Below, one piece after another: positions 52,786 to 64,000 of a DNA stretch of 64,000 nt. The notes beneath the pieces were generated by a model. It had not been told where the DNA came from, did no database searches, and saw only the letters and a program-made list of their open reading frames with translations. The DNA comes from Octopus sinensis (lineage: Eukaryota). How positions within the stretch are numbered: position 1 is the first letter of the stretch; each line of letters begins with the position of its first letter. The stretch lies in assembly GCF_006345805.1 (NCBI RefSeq), contig NC_043005.1, positions 13,640,001 through 13,704,000 on the forward strand, given 5' to 3'. The translations under genes and the position numbers were made by a program.

Positions 52786-53254
52786 ATGCATATAGTTTTT
52801 GAATGCAATGTGTATTTGGACGTTTATTGTGTGGAGAACAGCGAATAAAACAAGAATGCAAAGAGGAAGAAAAACGTTTGGGAAAAAAAATGTTTTGTCC
52901 CAGCCAATGCATTGTTTCTATATAACATAAATTTGTAGTTACATCAAATATCCCATTAATGACTAATGCATTATAAATTCAGGAAAACTTGATTTTACAG
53001 TAGAAGATAAAAGAAAAAGAATTTTTTCATTGCTTGTGGGTTTTAATTTGTTTATTGTTAATCTGACGGAGGAGATTTGCGTAAATGTATTTCGCTGACT
53101 TTCTGAGAGATATAAAATTGTTACATTAGTTGTTTTGTTGGTTTGAGCCACTGTCAATCGATGAGTGAAAAAAATACGATGGAGCGAAGGAAATTCCAGA
53201 AGAAATGAGAAAAATAAAGTGATTAAATGAGAGAATAAAGTGAATAAAGTGATA

Positions 53255-54198
53255 AAGTTTTTGAGGAACCCATCGACCGAATTTGCTGAGCTTTGTGATG
53301 TCACACAGATATTGACGAATTGTTGAAGTACCAAATCCATGCTTCTCTGCTAGTTCCTCAACAGTTACGACGGGATTTTGTTCCACCAGGGTTTGCAGTA
53401 ATTCCTCGTCGAGCTCTACAGATCTTCCAGGACGAGGCTCGTGTTCTAGGTTGTAGTTACCAGCTCGAAATTTCTGAAATTACCGTTGACACTGGCTTAT
53501 GCTTATTGTCCAATCCCCATATACTGCACTGATATTCCTCGCACTTTCCGTTGCGTTGTTGCCTTTATTGAGGGAAGCACTCCGTCGGTTACGACGATGA
53601 GGGTTCCGGTTGATCCGAATCAACGGAACAGCCTGCTCGAGAAATTAACGTGTAAGTGGCTGAGCACTCCACAGACACGTGCACCCTTAACGTAGTTCTC
53701 GGGGATATTCAGCGTGACACAGAGAGTGACAAGGACGGCCCCTTGAAATACAGGTACAACAGAAACAGGAAGTAAGAGTGAGAGAAAGTTGTGGTGAAAG
53801 AGTACAGCAGGGATCACCACCATCCCCGCCGGAGCCTCGTGGAGCTTTTAGGTGTTTTCGCTCAATAAACACTCACAACGCCCGGTCTGGGAATCGAAAC
53901 CGCGATCCTATGACCGCGAGTCCGCTGCCCTAACCACTGGGCCATTGCGCCTCCTGCCTTTATTGAACTCATGAAACAAAATATGTCGAATATGCTTCTT
54001 TGTCACTTCTATTATAGCTTTGAAAAAATGGTTGTTAAAAAATCGAACTGCACTTTTCAAAACTTGCACGAAGAATAAGTACAAGGTAAAATTACTATCA
54101 GCTTATATAGCAAGTTGATGCTGGTAGTGTGTCCCGTCCCCATCCGACGTTTAGTTCACGCAATTAAAAAAAACCGCATTATTTATGGGACGAGCCAA
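53255..54198 (-). mobile_element. Mariner 5' half
   Basis: TA-TTGGCTCGTCCCATAAAT TIR. HIRHILFHEFNKG...QKFRAGNYNLEHEPRPGR...GRWVPQK (WVPHEL-like motif). Confidence 0.85.
53572..53954 (-). mobile_element. tRNA-derived SINE (OR-type) with 12-bp TSD
   Basis: Head GGAGGCGCAATGGCCCAGTGGTTAGG...GGTTTCGATTCCC. TSD TGCCTTTATTGA at 53560-53571 and 53955-53966. Confidence 0.92.
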
Positions 54199-54569
54199 TA
54201 TATACATTTCGTCGCTCTTTTTACATTAGCAACAGTTTCCGCTTAACAATAATATCTTGTTGGGTGCATAAAATCGTAACTTCATGCACGTATGATATTT
54301 TCAGTCAGAAATATTTTTGCAAAACTGTTGTATGTGGGACCTACTAGACATTTGAAACATGCTAAACTGTTCTATTACACTTTGATAATTTTCTTATCTT
54401 GGCATCTGAAACATCTGGAGATACGATAGTTTGACTAAAAGAACCGGCTATTGCAAGCAAAAATTAAAGAGCATAAAAAACGCATTTGGTCAAATTTGGA
54501 CATACGACAGTTTAACATAATAGCAATGATATGTGGTGTGTGTGTGTGTGTGTATTTATGTATGTATCA

Positions 54570-56030
54570 TGTGCGTCTTTGTGTCTGTGTTTGTACCCCA
54601 CCACCATCGCTTGACAACCAATGTTGGTGTCTTTGCATCCCTGTGACTTAGCAATTCGGCAAAAGAGACCGACAGAATAAGCACTGGGCTTACAAAAAAT
54701 AAATACTAGGGTCGATTTCTTCGACTAAAACTTTTTAAGGCAGTGCTCCATCACGGCCGCTGTCAAGTGACTGAAACAATTAAAAGAATATGTGTGTATG
54801 TATGTATGTATGTATGTATGTATGTATACTCTTTTACTCTTTTACTTGTTTCAGTCATTTGACTGCGGCCATGCTGGAGCACCGCCTTTAGTCGAGCAAA
54901 TCGACCCCGGGACTTATTCTTTTGTAGGCCCAGTACTTATTCTATCGGTCTCTTTTGCCGAACCGCTAAGTGACGGGGGACGTAAACACACCAGCATCGG
55001 TTGTCAAGCAATGCTAGGGGGACAAACACACACACACAAACACACACACATACACATACATATATATATACATATATACTACGGGCTTCTTTCAGTTTCC
55101 GTCTACCAAATCCACTCACAAGGCATTGGTCGGCCCGGGGCTATAGCAGAAGACACTTGCCGAAGGTGCCACGCAGTGGGACTGAACCCGGAACCATGTG
55201 GTTGGTTAGCAAGCTACTTACCACACAGCCACTCCTGGGTCTATGTATGTATGTATGTATGTATGTACAGAGAGAGAGAAGGAGACAGAGAAGGAGAGGA
55301 GAGGAGAGAGAGATGGGCGAAACCAAGAGATCGAGAGAAAGTTATAAAATTCAGAATTTGCTCCCCGCCCCGCATACAGCGCATTTGTCTTGGCTTTGAA
55401 AATACTGTTGACTTTGTTCATTGTAGGAAGTTTACTTGATAGACCAGTTAAATGTAAGACGGAGTTGGTAAATATAATAACGTCCTTTGGTAAGTTTGAT
55501 TTATAGGTTTCTGATGATGAATAGTGGAACCTCGAGCTGTATGGACAGAAAACATGTCTGAATATGCTATAAAACGAAAGCCAACTGTTTTCCTCACGGC
55601 GTACTAAATTAACCCAATTAAAAGTAAATAAAATATAGGGACGGGGTGGGGGTGGGGGTTAACAATGAGTAATGTTTTACTGCATTTTTGGCTTGGAGAA
55701 AAAGCTATTTTTTACAAATGTTCACTACCTTACAAAAGCTGTATTTGCTTAACATATGACCTTCCCTACAAAAGGCAAATTTAGCCGGGGCAAAATGAGT
55801 AAGATAGAATAAGGTAAATTTGCCTTTTCATTTCTTCAGAATGGCATTTGAAAACAGATTCATACACAGGCGCAGGAGTGGCTGTGTGGTAAGTAGCTTG
55901 CTAACCAACCACATGGTTCCGGGTTCAGTCCCACTGCGTGGCATCTTGGGCAAGTGTCTTCTGCTATAGCCCCGGGCCGACCAATGCCTTGTGAGTGGAT
56001 TTGGTAGACGGAAACTGAAAGAAGCCTGTC

Positions 56031-56065
<35 letters not shown>

Positions 56066-58057
56066 CGTGTGTCTGTGTTTGTCCCCCTAGCATTGCTTGA
56101 CAACCGATGCTGGTGTGTTTACGTCTCCGTCACTTAGCGGTTCGGCAAAAGAGACCGATAGAATAAGTACTGGGCTTACAAAGAATAAGTCCCGGGGTCG
56201 ATTTGCTCGACTAAAAAGGCAGTGCTCCAGCATGGCCGCAGTCAAATGACTGAAACAAATAAAAGAGTAAAAGAGTAAAAGAGTACACCGATATCCATCC
56301 TTGACCCATTCTTAAATATCAGAAAGATCTGAAATGCCACAAAGATTTTAAATATCTTGGTTAAATGAAAGAGGGGCATGGAAAAATGGCATAAGATATG
56401 AAATTAATGAAACCCCAATGAATCTAAAAATTCAACATAAAATATCTTCTACTAGCAGTATCGCCCGGCGTTGCTCGGGTTTGTAAGGGAAATAACTATA
56501 TAAGCATTTTTAGAGAGTTACTTCCCTTATATAGTAGCAAAAAAAATGCATTAAAATGGGAAAAAAATTATGGTAATTTTTTTTTTAAATCGTTGACTCA
56601 TCGTAGACATTTTTAGAGAGTTACTTCCCTTATATAATAGCGAAAAAATGCATTAAAATGGAAAAAAATGATGGTAAATTATTTTTTAAATCGTAGACGT
56701 GCGCTAATACCCGGAAGGGCTCGATATGAATCACGACTATAAGATACCTGGTTTTGGTTAAACTGCACCGCAAAATGTGGGAGTAGTTAGGAATCTAAAT
56801 CGTAGGAGACAGACACTCACACAACTTCACTTTTATATATAAAGATATATGCTTCACGATGTGCTGGAATGACTCTCTTCCTTGTATATCTACGCACCAT
56901 GCAGTGAAAGAGCAAAAAATTACTGAAGTTAGTTATTACTCATTTGGTTCTAGTTTAAACATAATTTTCCTTCTTTTCTTTTTGCTTTTCTTTTATTTGT
57001 TTCAGTCATTTGACTGCGGTCATGCTGGAGCACCGCCTTAGTCGAGTAAACCGACCCCAGTTCTTATTCTTTGTAAGCCTAGTACTTATTCTATCGGCCT
57101 GTCTTGGCAAACCGCTAGGTGACGGGGACGTTAACACACCAGCATCGGTTGTCAAGCGATGTTGGGGGAACAAATACAGACACACAAACATACACACACA
57201 CACACGCACACACACACACACGCACACACACATACACACACATACAGATATATATATATGGCGGGCTTCTTTCAGTTTCCGTCCACCAAATCCCAATCAC
57301 AAGGCTTTGGTCGGCCCGAGGCTATAGTAGAAGACACTTGCCCAAGGTGCCACGCAGTGGAACTGAACCCGGAACAATGTGGTTGGTAAGCAAGCTACTT
57401 ACCACACAGCCACTCTGAAAATTGAAAATGATCAAATTAGACATTAGTGTGGGGAAAAAATTGACTTGGAACCTAACATAGAAAGGAATTATGATTGTTA
57501 AATGCCAAAAATTATCCAGATATTCTATTAGCAGCCTCAATTACAACCGGGTCAAAGCTGAGGAAAATATACTTACAAAAAAAAAAACCATAAAGACGGA
57601 CGAAATGCGGCTAAGCATTTTGACCGACGTGCACACGGTTATGCCAGCTCGCCGTATTTATGATAATTGAAATAGTGGTCTCGAACTCTTGACACAAAGC
57701 TGGCAATTTCGGGGGAGACCTCTGTGCTCAATTTATCGACCCCGAAAAGGAAAAAAGGCAAATTCAACAGAATTTGAAAGACGGGCGAAATGCCGCTAAG
57801 CTTTTTATCCGGCGTGCCAAAGATTCTGCTGCTCGTTAACTTTATGAAAATTGTCATGGCAACTGAAAAGATATTGCTTATATAATAAACAACAGGCGCA
57901 GGAGTGGTTGCGAGTAAGTAGCTTGCTTACGAACCACATGGTTCCAGATTCAGTCCCACTGTGTGGCACCTTGGGCAAGTGTCTTCTACTATAGCCCTCA
58001 GACTGGCCAAAGCCTTGTGATTGGATTTGGTAGAGGGAAACTGAAAGAAACCCATTG

Positions 58058-58147
<90 letters not shown>

Positions 58148-58955
58148 ATATATGTATGTATGTATGTTTGTGTGTCTGTGTTTGTCTCCCCAACATCGCT
58201 TGACAACCGATGCTGGTGTGTTTACGTCCCCGTAACTTAGCGGTTCGGCAAAAGAGACCGATAGAATAAGTACTAGGCTTACAAAGAATAAGTCCTGGGC
58301 TCGATTTGCTCGACTAAAGGCGGTGCTCCAGCATGGCCACAGTCACATGACTGAAACGAGTAAATGAGTAAAGAGAGTAACAGCAGTAGGGAATAGTGGG
58401 AGAGAGTTATGCACAATAAAGAGGAACAGGAAAGTGGGTAAGGACCGGAGTAACTTATTACGCCACGAAATAGGACAAACTATAACAAAATGGCGTAAAA
58501 GGTGATTAAGGATTACAGTAAAAAAAAAATGATAGACAAATCAGGCGCAAGAGTGGCTGTGTGGTAAGTAGCTTGCTAACCAACCACATGGTTCCGGGTT
58601 CAGTCCCACTGCGTGGCATCTTGGGCAAGTGTCTTCTGCTATAGCTCCGGGCCGACCAAAGCCTTGTGAGTGGATTTGGTAGACGGAAACTGAAAAAAGC
58701 CTGTCGTATATATGTATTATATGTATATATGTATGTGTGTGTGTGTGTTTGTGTGTCTGTGTTTGTCCCCCTAGCATTACTTGACGACCGATGCTGGTGT
58801 GTTTACGTCCCCGTAACTTAGCGGTTCGGCAAAAGAGACCGATAGAATAAGTACTGGGCTGACAAAAGAATAAGTCCCCGGGTCGATTTGCTCGACTAAA
58901 AAGGCGATGCTCCAGCATGGCCGCAGTCAAATGACTGAAACAAGTAAAAGAGTAA
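54570..58955. mobile_element. Cluster of SINE family A copies: 54570-54790(+), 54826-55236(-), 55868-56284(+), 56995-57415(-), 57894-58380(+), 58543-58955(+)
   Basis: Six copies of the same consensus in mixed orientations. Confidence 0.9.
56452..56845 (-). mobile_element. Non-autonomous Helitron
   Basis: TC...CCCGAGCAACGCCGGG...CTAG|T. Contains an internal tandem duplication. Confidence 0.85.
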
Positions 58956-59039
58956 AATCAATAAAATATAATAAAATATATAATAAGTTAACTATAAAAT
59001 GGAATTATATGAGTGGCATACGTACAAACCTACGCACAA

Positions 59040-59390
59040 GTACTCAGATGTCAAGGTTTTGGCCAGGACCGGTCCAGGATATGACTAACTTAATAACACC
59101 AGGTGGAGAAGACATTTAATTATGCTTCATGTTAGAGTTATGGTCAAGTTTCGAAGGTAATTAACCAACGGTCTGCTTGTTCGATGCTTTTCTGTGAAGA
59201 ACCACCCTTAATATAGCCCATTCGACTAAACAGTTGTTTGCGGAGATAGATCCGGGTGTAAGACGTTTATCTGGAATCTGTTGTAGGAGTACGTCCGGGA
59301 ACCGTTTGAATGTTATGAGGTCTTTTTCTTCCCTAAAGTGTCTTAAAATGATGTTGAAGGGAGCAGGGTCAATTCAGATCACGAAACAAT
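59040..59390 (-). mobile_element. CR1-type LINE 3' end
   Basis: PAPFNIIL...EEKDLITFKR...LQQIPDK, homologous to 32880-33140. Confidence 0.7.
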
Positions 59391-59514
59391 CAATAGCAGG
59401 TATATGCTAAGATGCGAAAGTATCTGAACACCAATGATCAACAGTAGCTGTTGATCATACTTATATAATTGGAGTTTATTTGTTTTAGATATATATGTAT
59501 GTATATATATATAT

Positions 59515-59548
<34 letters not shown>

Positions 59549-59877
59549 ATATATATATAGTATACTAGCCATCTCAATATGGCTAACCACTAAGGGTGGG
59601 TGTTACTGTAGCTTTTAGCCCCAGGAGATCATCGTCTCCAGCTGGCTTTTGAGATGGCTAGTATACTTTACGTTGTCGAGCAGTTACTGTTTACATCTCG
59701 TTCAGAGATTTATTATTGCTATATATATATATATATATATATATGTATAAATTAGTAGAAAAAAAATTATATATATATATATATATAAATAGTAATGCAA
59801 TACGAGAGTATTGCTTTCGAGTAGAGAATAGCCCGTGAGGGAAAATTATACATAGAAGTATATGTTGTCGAGGTATA

Positions 59878-59949
59878 TGTTGGCTGATGAAGATAAATCA
59901 AGTATATATGTGCAGACATATCTTGAAAAATCTGAAACCGGTACCACAT
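59878..59949 (+). ncRNA. Type I hammerhead ribozyme motif
   Basis: TGG-CTGATGA-AGAT aaa TCAAG...CTTGA aaa ATCT-GAAAC-CG-GTA-CCA. Canonical core, extended stem II and a palindromic stem III. Confidence 0.8.
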
Positions 59950-60135
59950 TATCCCTTTCTAGGTATTTCATCTTTCAGATGTTCTCCCTGGAGGTAAGAC
60001 AATTTTTTTCAATTTTGTTGCACACACGCGTTTTTGCTAGTACATACCCGGTGAAGCTATACATTAGCGTCGTATTGATTATGTTCGCTATTTTCCAGTA
60101 AATATCGGTACTTCGTTGTACCATATATTTACTTC

Positions 60136-60178
<43 letters not shown>

Positions 60179-60220
60179 ATATATATATATATATATATAG
60201 ATAGATAGATAGATAGATAT

Positions 60221-60259
<39 letters not shown>

Positions 60260-60265
60260 TATATA

Positions 60266-60464
60266 TATAAATTAGAAAAAAACGCCTTTTATCAATTCAA
60301 AATGAACAATTAAATTACACCATCTATTATTTTTATTATTTTTTTGCAATTTACTTAATCATCGGTATATTATTGTTATTTTATTTTAATATTTCTATTA
60401 TATGTAATTTTCTAGACGGTGTAATTTAATTGTTCATTTTGAATTGATAAAAGGTGTTTTTTTC

Positions 60465-60472
<8 letters not shown>
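60266..60472. repeat. Fold-back with ~60-bp arms
   Basis: TAGAAAAAAACGCCTTTTATCAATTCAAAATGAACAATTAAATTACACC and its reverse complement. Confidence 0.88.
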
Positions 60473-60522
<50 letters not shown>

Positions 60523-60991
60523 GTGTGAAATTTGAGTTAGTATTTCTAAATTGAATTTTTCCCTGTAAGTTAGGATTAATATTCCCTCAAATAATTATTA
60601 TATATGTGTGTGTATGTGTGTGTGTGTGTTTGTGCGTGTGTGTCTGTGTGTATGTGTGTATGTATGTATGTTATATAACGACTAATGTTCTCAGAGGAAT
60701 GGTGTTATATTCCTTAATTTGACTTCATTTATATAAAATTGATGCGTTAAAAAAAACTGATACGTTCTTTCAATGTAGATAACGGCTATGAATTAATATT
60801 GAAATTTAATATTGGAATTCAAAGCCTTTATGTATTGCAAGTTGTATTCACGTCTCCCTTGCTTACAAACTACAAGCTGACCAATCTGGTTCCGCACAGT
60901 GGTGCCTTGGCAAAATGTCTTCCACTATAGCTTCAGGCTGACCAAAGCATTATGAATGGATTTGCTAGGCGGAAACTGAAAGAAACAAGTC

Positions 60992-61105
60992 GTACAAACG
61001 TACGTACATACATACATATACATACATACATACATACATACATACATACATACATACATACATACATACATGCATGCATGCATACTTACATACATACATA
61101 CATAC

Positions 61106-61136
<31 letters not shown>

Positions 61137-61510
61137 CATACATGCATGCATGCATACATACATACATACATACATACATACATACATACATACATACATG
61201 CATATATACATACATGCATGTATGCATACTTACATACATACATACATGCATGCATGCATGCATACATACATACATACAAACGTACGTACATACATACAAA
61301 CGTACGTACATACATACATACATACATACATACATACATACATACATACATGCATGCATGCATACTTACATACATACATACATACTTACATACATACATA
61401 CATACATGCATATATACATACATGCATGCATGCATGCATACATACATACATACATACATACATACATACATACATACAAACGTACGTACATACATACATA
61501 CATACATGCA
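60992..61510. repeat. Long compound (TACA)n/(TGCA)n microsatellite
   Basis: Direct reading. Recurring AAACGTACG and TGCATGCA variants. Confidence 0.95.
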
Positions 61511-61514
61511 AACA

Positions 61515-61838
61515 AACTGGCAGTCCGTCAGTTACGATGACAAAGGTTTCAGTTGATCCGATCAACGGAACAGTCTGCTCGTGAAATCAACGAGCAAGTG
61601 GTTGAGTACTCTACAGAAACGTGTACCCGTACCGTAGTTCTCTGGGACATTCAGCCTGACGCAGAATGTGAGAATGCTGGCCCTTTCAATTACATGTACT
61701 ACTCATATTTGTCAGCTGATTAGACTGGTGCAATGTGAAATAAAGTGTGTTGCTCAAGGAAACAACGCATCACTGGGAATTGAACCCACAGTCTTACTAT
61801 CTTGAGCCGAATACGTTAACCACTAAGCTACACGCCTT
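61515..61838 (-). mobile_element. Degenerate OR-type SINE
   Basis: Shares GTTACGA.GA...GTTGATCCGA.TCAACGGAACAG with 53572-53954. tRNA-like head at 61770-61838. Confidence 0.75.
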
Positions 61839-62216
61839 CACACACACACACACACTCACACACAGGCATATACATACATACATACATACACACATACATA
61901 CATACATACATACATCATACATACATACAACATACATACATACATACATATATACATATATGTCTGTGTGTATGTATGTATGTATATACAGACATATATA
62001 TGTGTGAATGTGTGCATGTATGTTTATATATTCACACATATACATATGTATATGTATGTGCGCGCGCGCGTGTGTGTGCATATATGGGCAACACTGAGCT
62101 GATATGGTGTTTTTAATATATGAGAGAATGTTTTTTGTCAGCACCGGTGACTTCAGTGAATTTGCCTTTAGAAAGAAAAATATGTCACAAATATATTTTA
62201 ACTAGCCTAAAGTTCA

Positions 62217-62281
<65 letters not shown>

Positions 62282-62749
62282 GTGAGAGACGTATGTATGT
62301 GTGTGACCGACTGTTACTTGATCTCATGTAAAATCAATATTGTTCATCCGATTTCGTTTACACTTAGCAAATACATCACTTATGTTTCACATAATTTCCC
62401 CAAAATTAAACATATATATATAGAAACTGACACACACAAACATGCGCACACATATATACATACAATTCACCCCCATACATACTCTCATAGACACTTAAAT
62501 ATTTTACCCAAACATCCCCATAAACACACCCAAACATTCACATACAAACATACAAACATTGACCCATACACTGAAAATACAATAAATTTCTTCAAATGCA
62601 GCGGCTGATCCAGCCGGTCCTGGATGAATGGGTTTTGATATCTTGTGTCGCTAAAGTGTAGATAGTATGTATGTTTTTTTTTTTTTTTTGAAAGACCATG
62701 TAGATATTTTTAAACGACTTCAAAGTGACTACCTTTATGAAATAGAATG

Positions 62750-62916
62750 TGGACCTCTTGAGCGCGGGGCACCCTTCGGCGTGTGGCCCCACTTTGGCGT
62801 GTGGCCTCCTTTGGCATGTGGCCCCCTTTGGCGCGTGGTCCCCTTGGGTGCGTGGCCCCCTTCGGCGTGAAGCCCGATTGAGAGCAATAGGGCCAATTGG
62901 CTTAAGGCCGGCCCTG
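62750..62916. mobile_element. hAT-like element end with GC-rich ~20-bp subterminal tandem repeats
   Basis: About six units of GCGTGTGGCCCC..TTGG followed by GGCTTAAGGCCGGCCCTG (reverse complement CAGGGCCGGCC). Confidence 0.55.
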
Positions 62917-63881
62917 GTCGTATATTGACATTAGAGAATATTTTTGACTCTGATTAAATTGACTAGAAACATTGTACGCGATGAATATCCAATATCAAAC
63001 AATCTTAATCTCCATATTTAAACTGCATTAAACTTTGGCAAGCTTACCTTTACCTATTCTGATTTACTTGAAAGGTGATATTACGTTTCCTCTTTTCTAT
63101 TTGTTAATGCCTTTGTCTACCTACCAATGCGTTGTTTCACTTTTAACGATGCTTATTTACCTATCCATTATGATATTTTGACTGTTGTCCATTGTTTCGA
63201 ATTCGTTTTAGCAAGGGATACGCCGCCTGAGTAGGCAAGGTAGGCAATGCCTAACCTGAATAAAATAGATCAATAGAAACATTTTCCTTTCATGACAAAA
63301 TATGCACCTAATTCAATAAAATTATGAAGGTTACTCTGATTGCTCTGCATAAAATACAAAATATTTTTACTTCATTGTAGATTATGTAGGCATAATTCAC
63401 CCCCTCAGTATTAAAGCTACGCATAGGAAAGCTGTAGTACGCGTGCTGCGTATATTTCTAGAACAACGTTTTCTTTACGCACTATAAAGACACAAGTAAA
63501 TCTGCCTACAACTCTGTCGCACGCCTGTATTTCCCTTATTGTTTGTGTTTTTTTACTACATAAACATCACCAACTGCTTACTTTGAGTAATCACTGATGG
63601 CACGTGCCTGGTTTTAGTATTGCGGTTCTGGCCTGTTTTAAAAATCACATATGATTTGTCCCAAGGAACCAACCTTTAAATAAGAGTTTTGCTTCCACTA
63701 GTGAAAGCTATATGTATCTTTCAGAAAGCTCCATACCAATTTAACTTTCTGTAGCATTAGCTATTACTTTATGCGCAGGCTATGTGGGAAGACAGAATAA
63801 AGGGGCTTTTGTAAGCTTATAATAGATTCGATAATCACTTGGTACACTAAAACCCAATTTTCTTTTCCAGATAATACAAGC

Positions 63882-64000
63882 ATGCCACATAAAAAGACAG
63901 CACGCATTGACAGAAAGTCTTCTGTAGCAGCAGGGGAGCAGCGCTGGCAGGCAAAAGGAACTGAGAACCAGAAGTCCTGTAGACTGTTGAAAAGAGCTGC
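63882..64000 (+). CDS. Start of an ORF running off the window, possibly a transposase
   Basis: TTTTCTTTTCCAG acceptor at 63870, then ATG MPHKKTARIDRKSSVAAGEQRWQAKGTENQKSCRLLKRA, open to the window edge. Candidate 60-nt intron 63811-63870. Confidence 0.35.
   Translation, partial: MPHKKTARIDRKSSVAAGEQRWQAKGTENQKSCRLLKRA

Noticed and set aside
53880-53954. tRNA-like sequences here and at 36780-36853, 3215-3275 and 61770-61838
   Set aside because: They are SINE heads, with no proper acceptor stem, and run directly into SINE bodies.
62750-62870. GC-rich ~20-bp repeats superficially like a CRISPR array
   Set aside because: There are no unique spacers, the context is eukaryotic, and the repeats adjoin a hAT-like terminus.

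Overview
AT-rich, microsatellite-saturated animal genomic DNA. The SINE families and repeat landscape point to a coleoid cephalopod, most likely Octopus (inferred, not proven). Almost all ORF-track entries are artefacts of (TA)n, (CA)n and (TACA)n repeats or of SINEs. I could reconstruct one host gene by hand on the minus strand. It has five coding exons (42278-42052, 17184-17113, 9516-9347, 6540-6449, 3581-3398) joined by GT-AG introns with compatible phases. It encodes signal peptide + LRRNT + LRR + LRRCT + a 12-Cys Ly6/uPAR (three-finger) domain, and it probably continues beyond the left edge. The rest is nested transposon debris: tRNA-derived SINEs; Penelope-like elements (PLEs); CR1, RTE and R4/Dong LINEs; a Gypsy pol fragment; Helitrons; and Tc1, mariner, maT, pogo, Merlin and hAT-like DNA elements. 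The debris hides a set of minimal type I hammerhead ribozyme (HHR) motifs with C3-G8, U3-A8, G3-C8 and U4C core variants. These include a 349-nt-period tandem pair resembling a retrozyme, and five motifs in sense orientation inside one intron of the host gene. All calls come from reading the sequence by eye; no database searches were run, and repeat boundaries are approximate.
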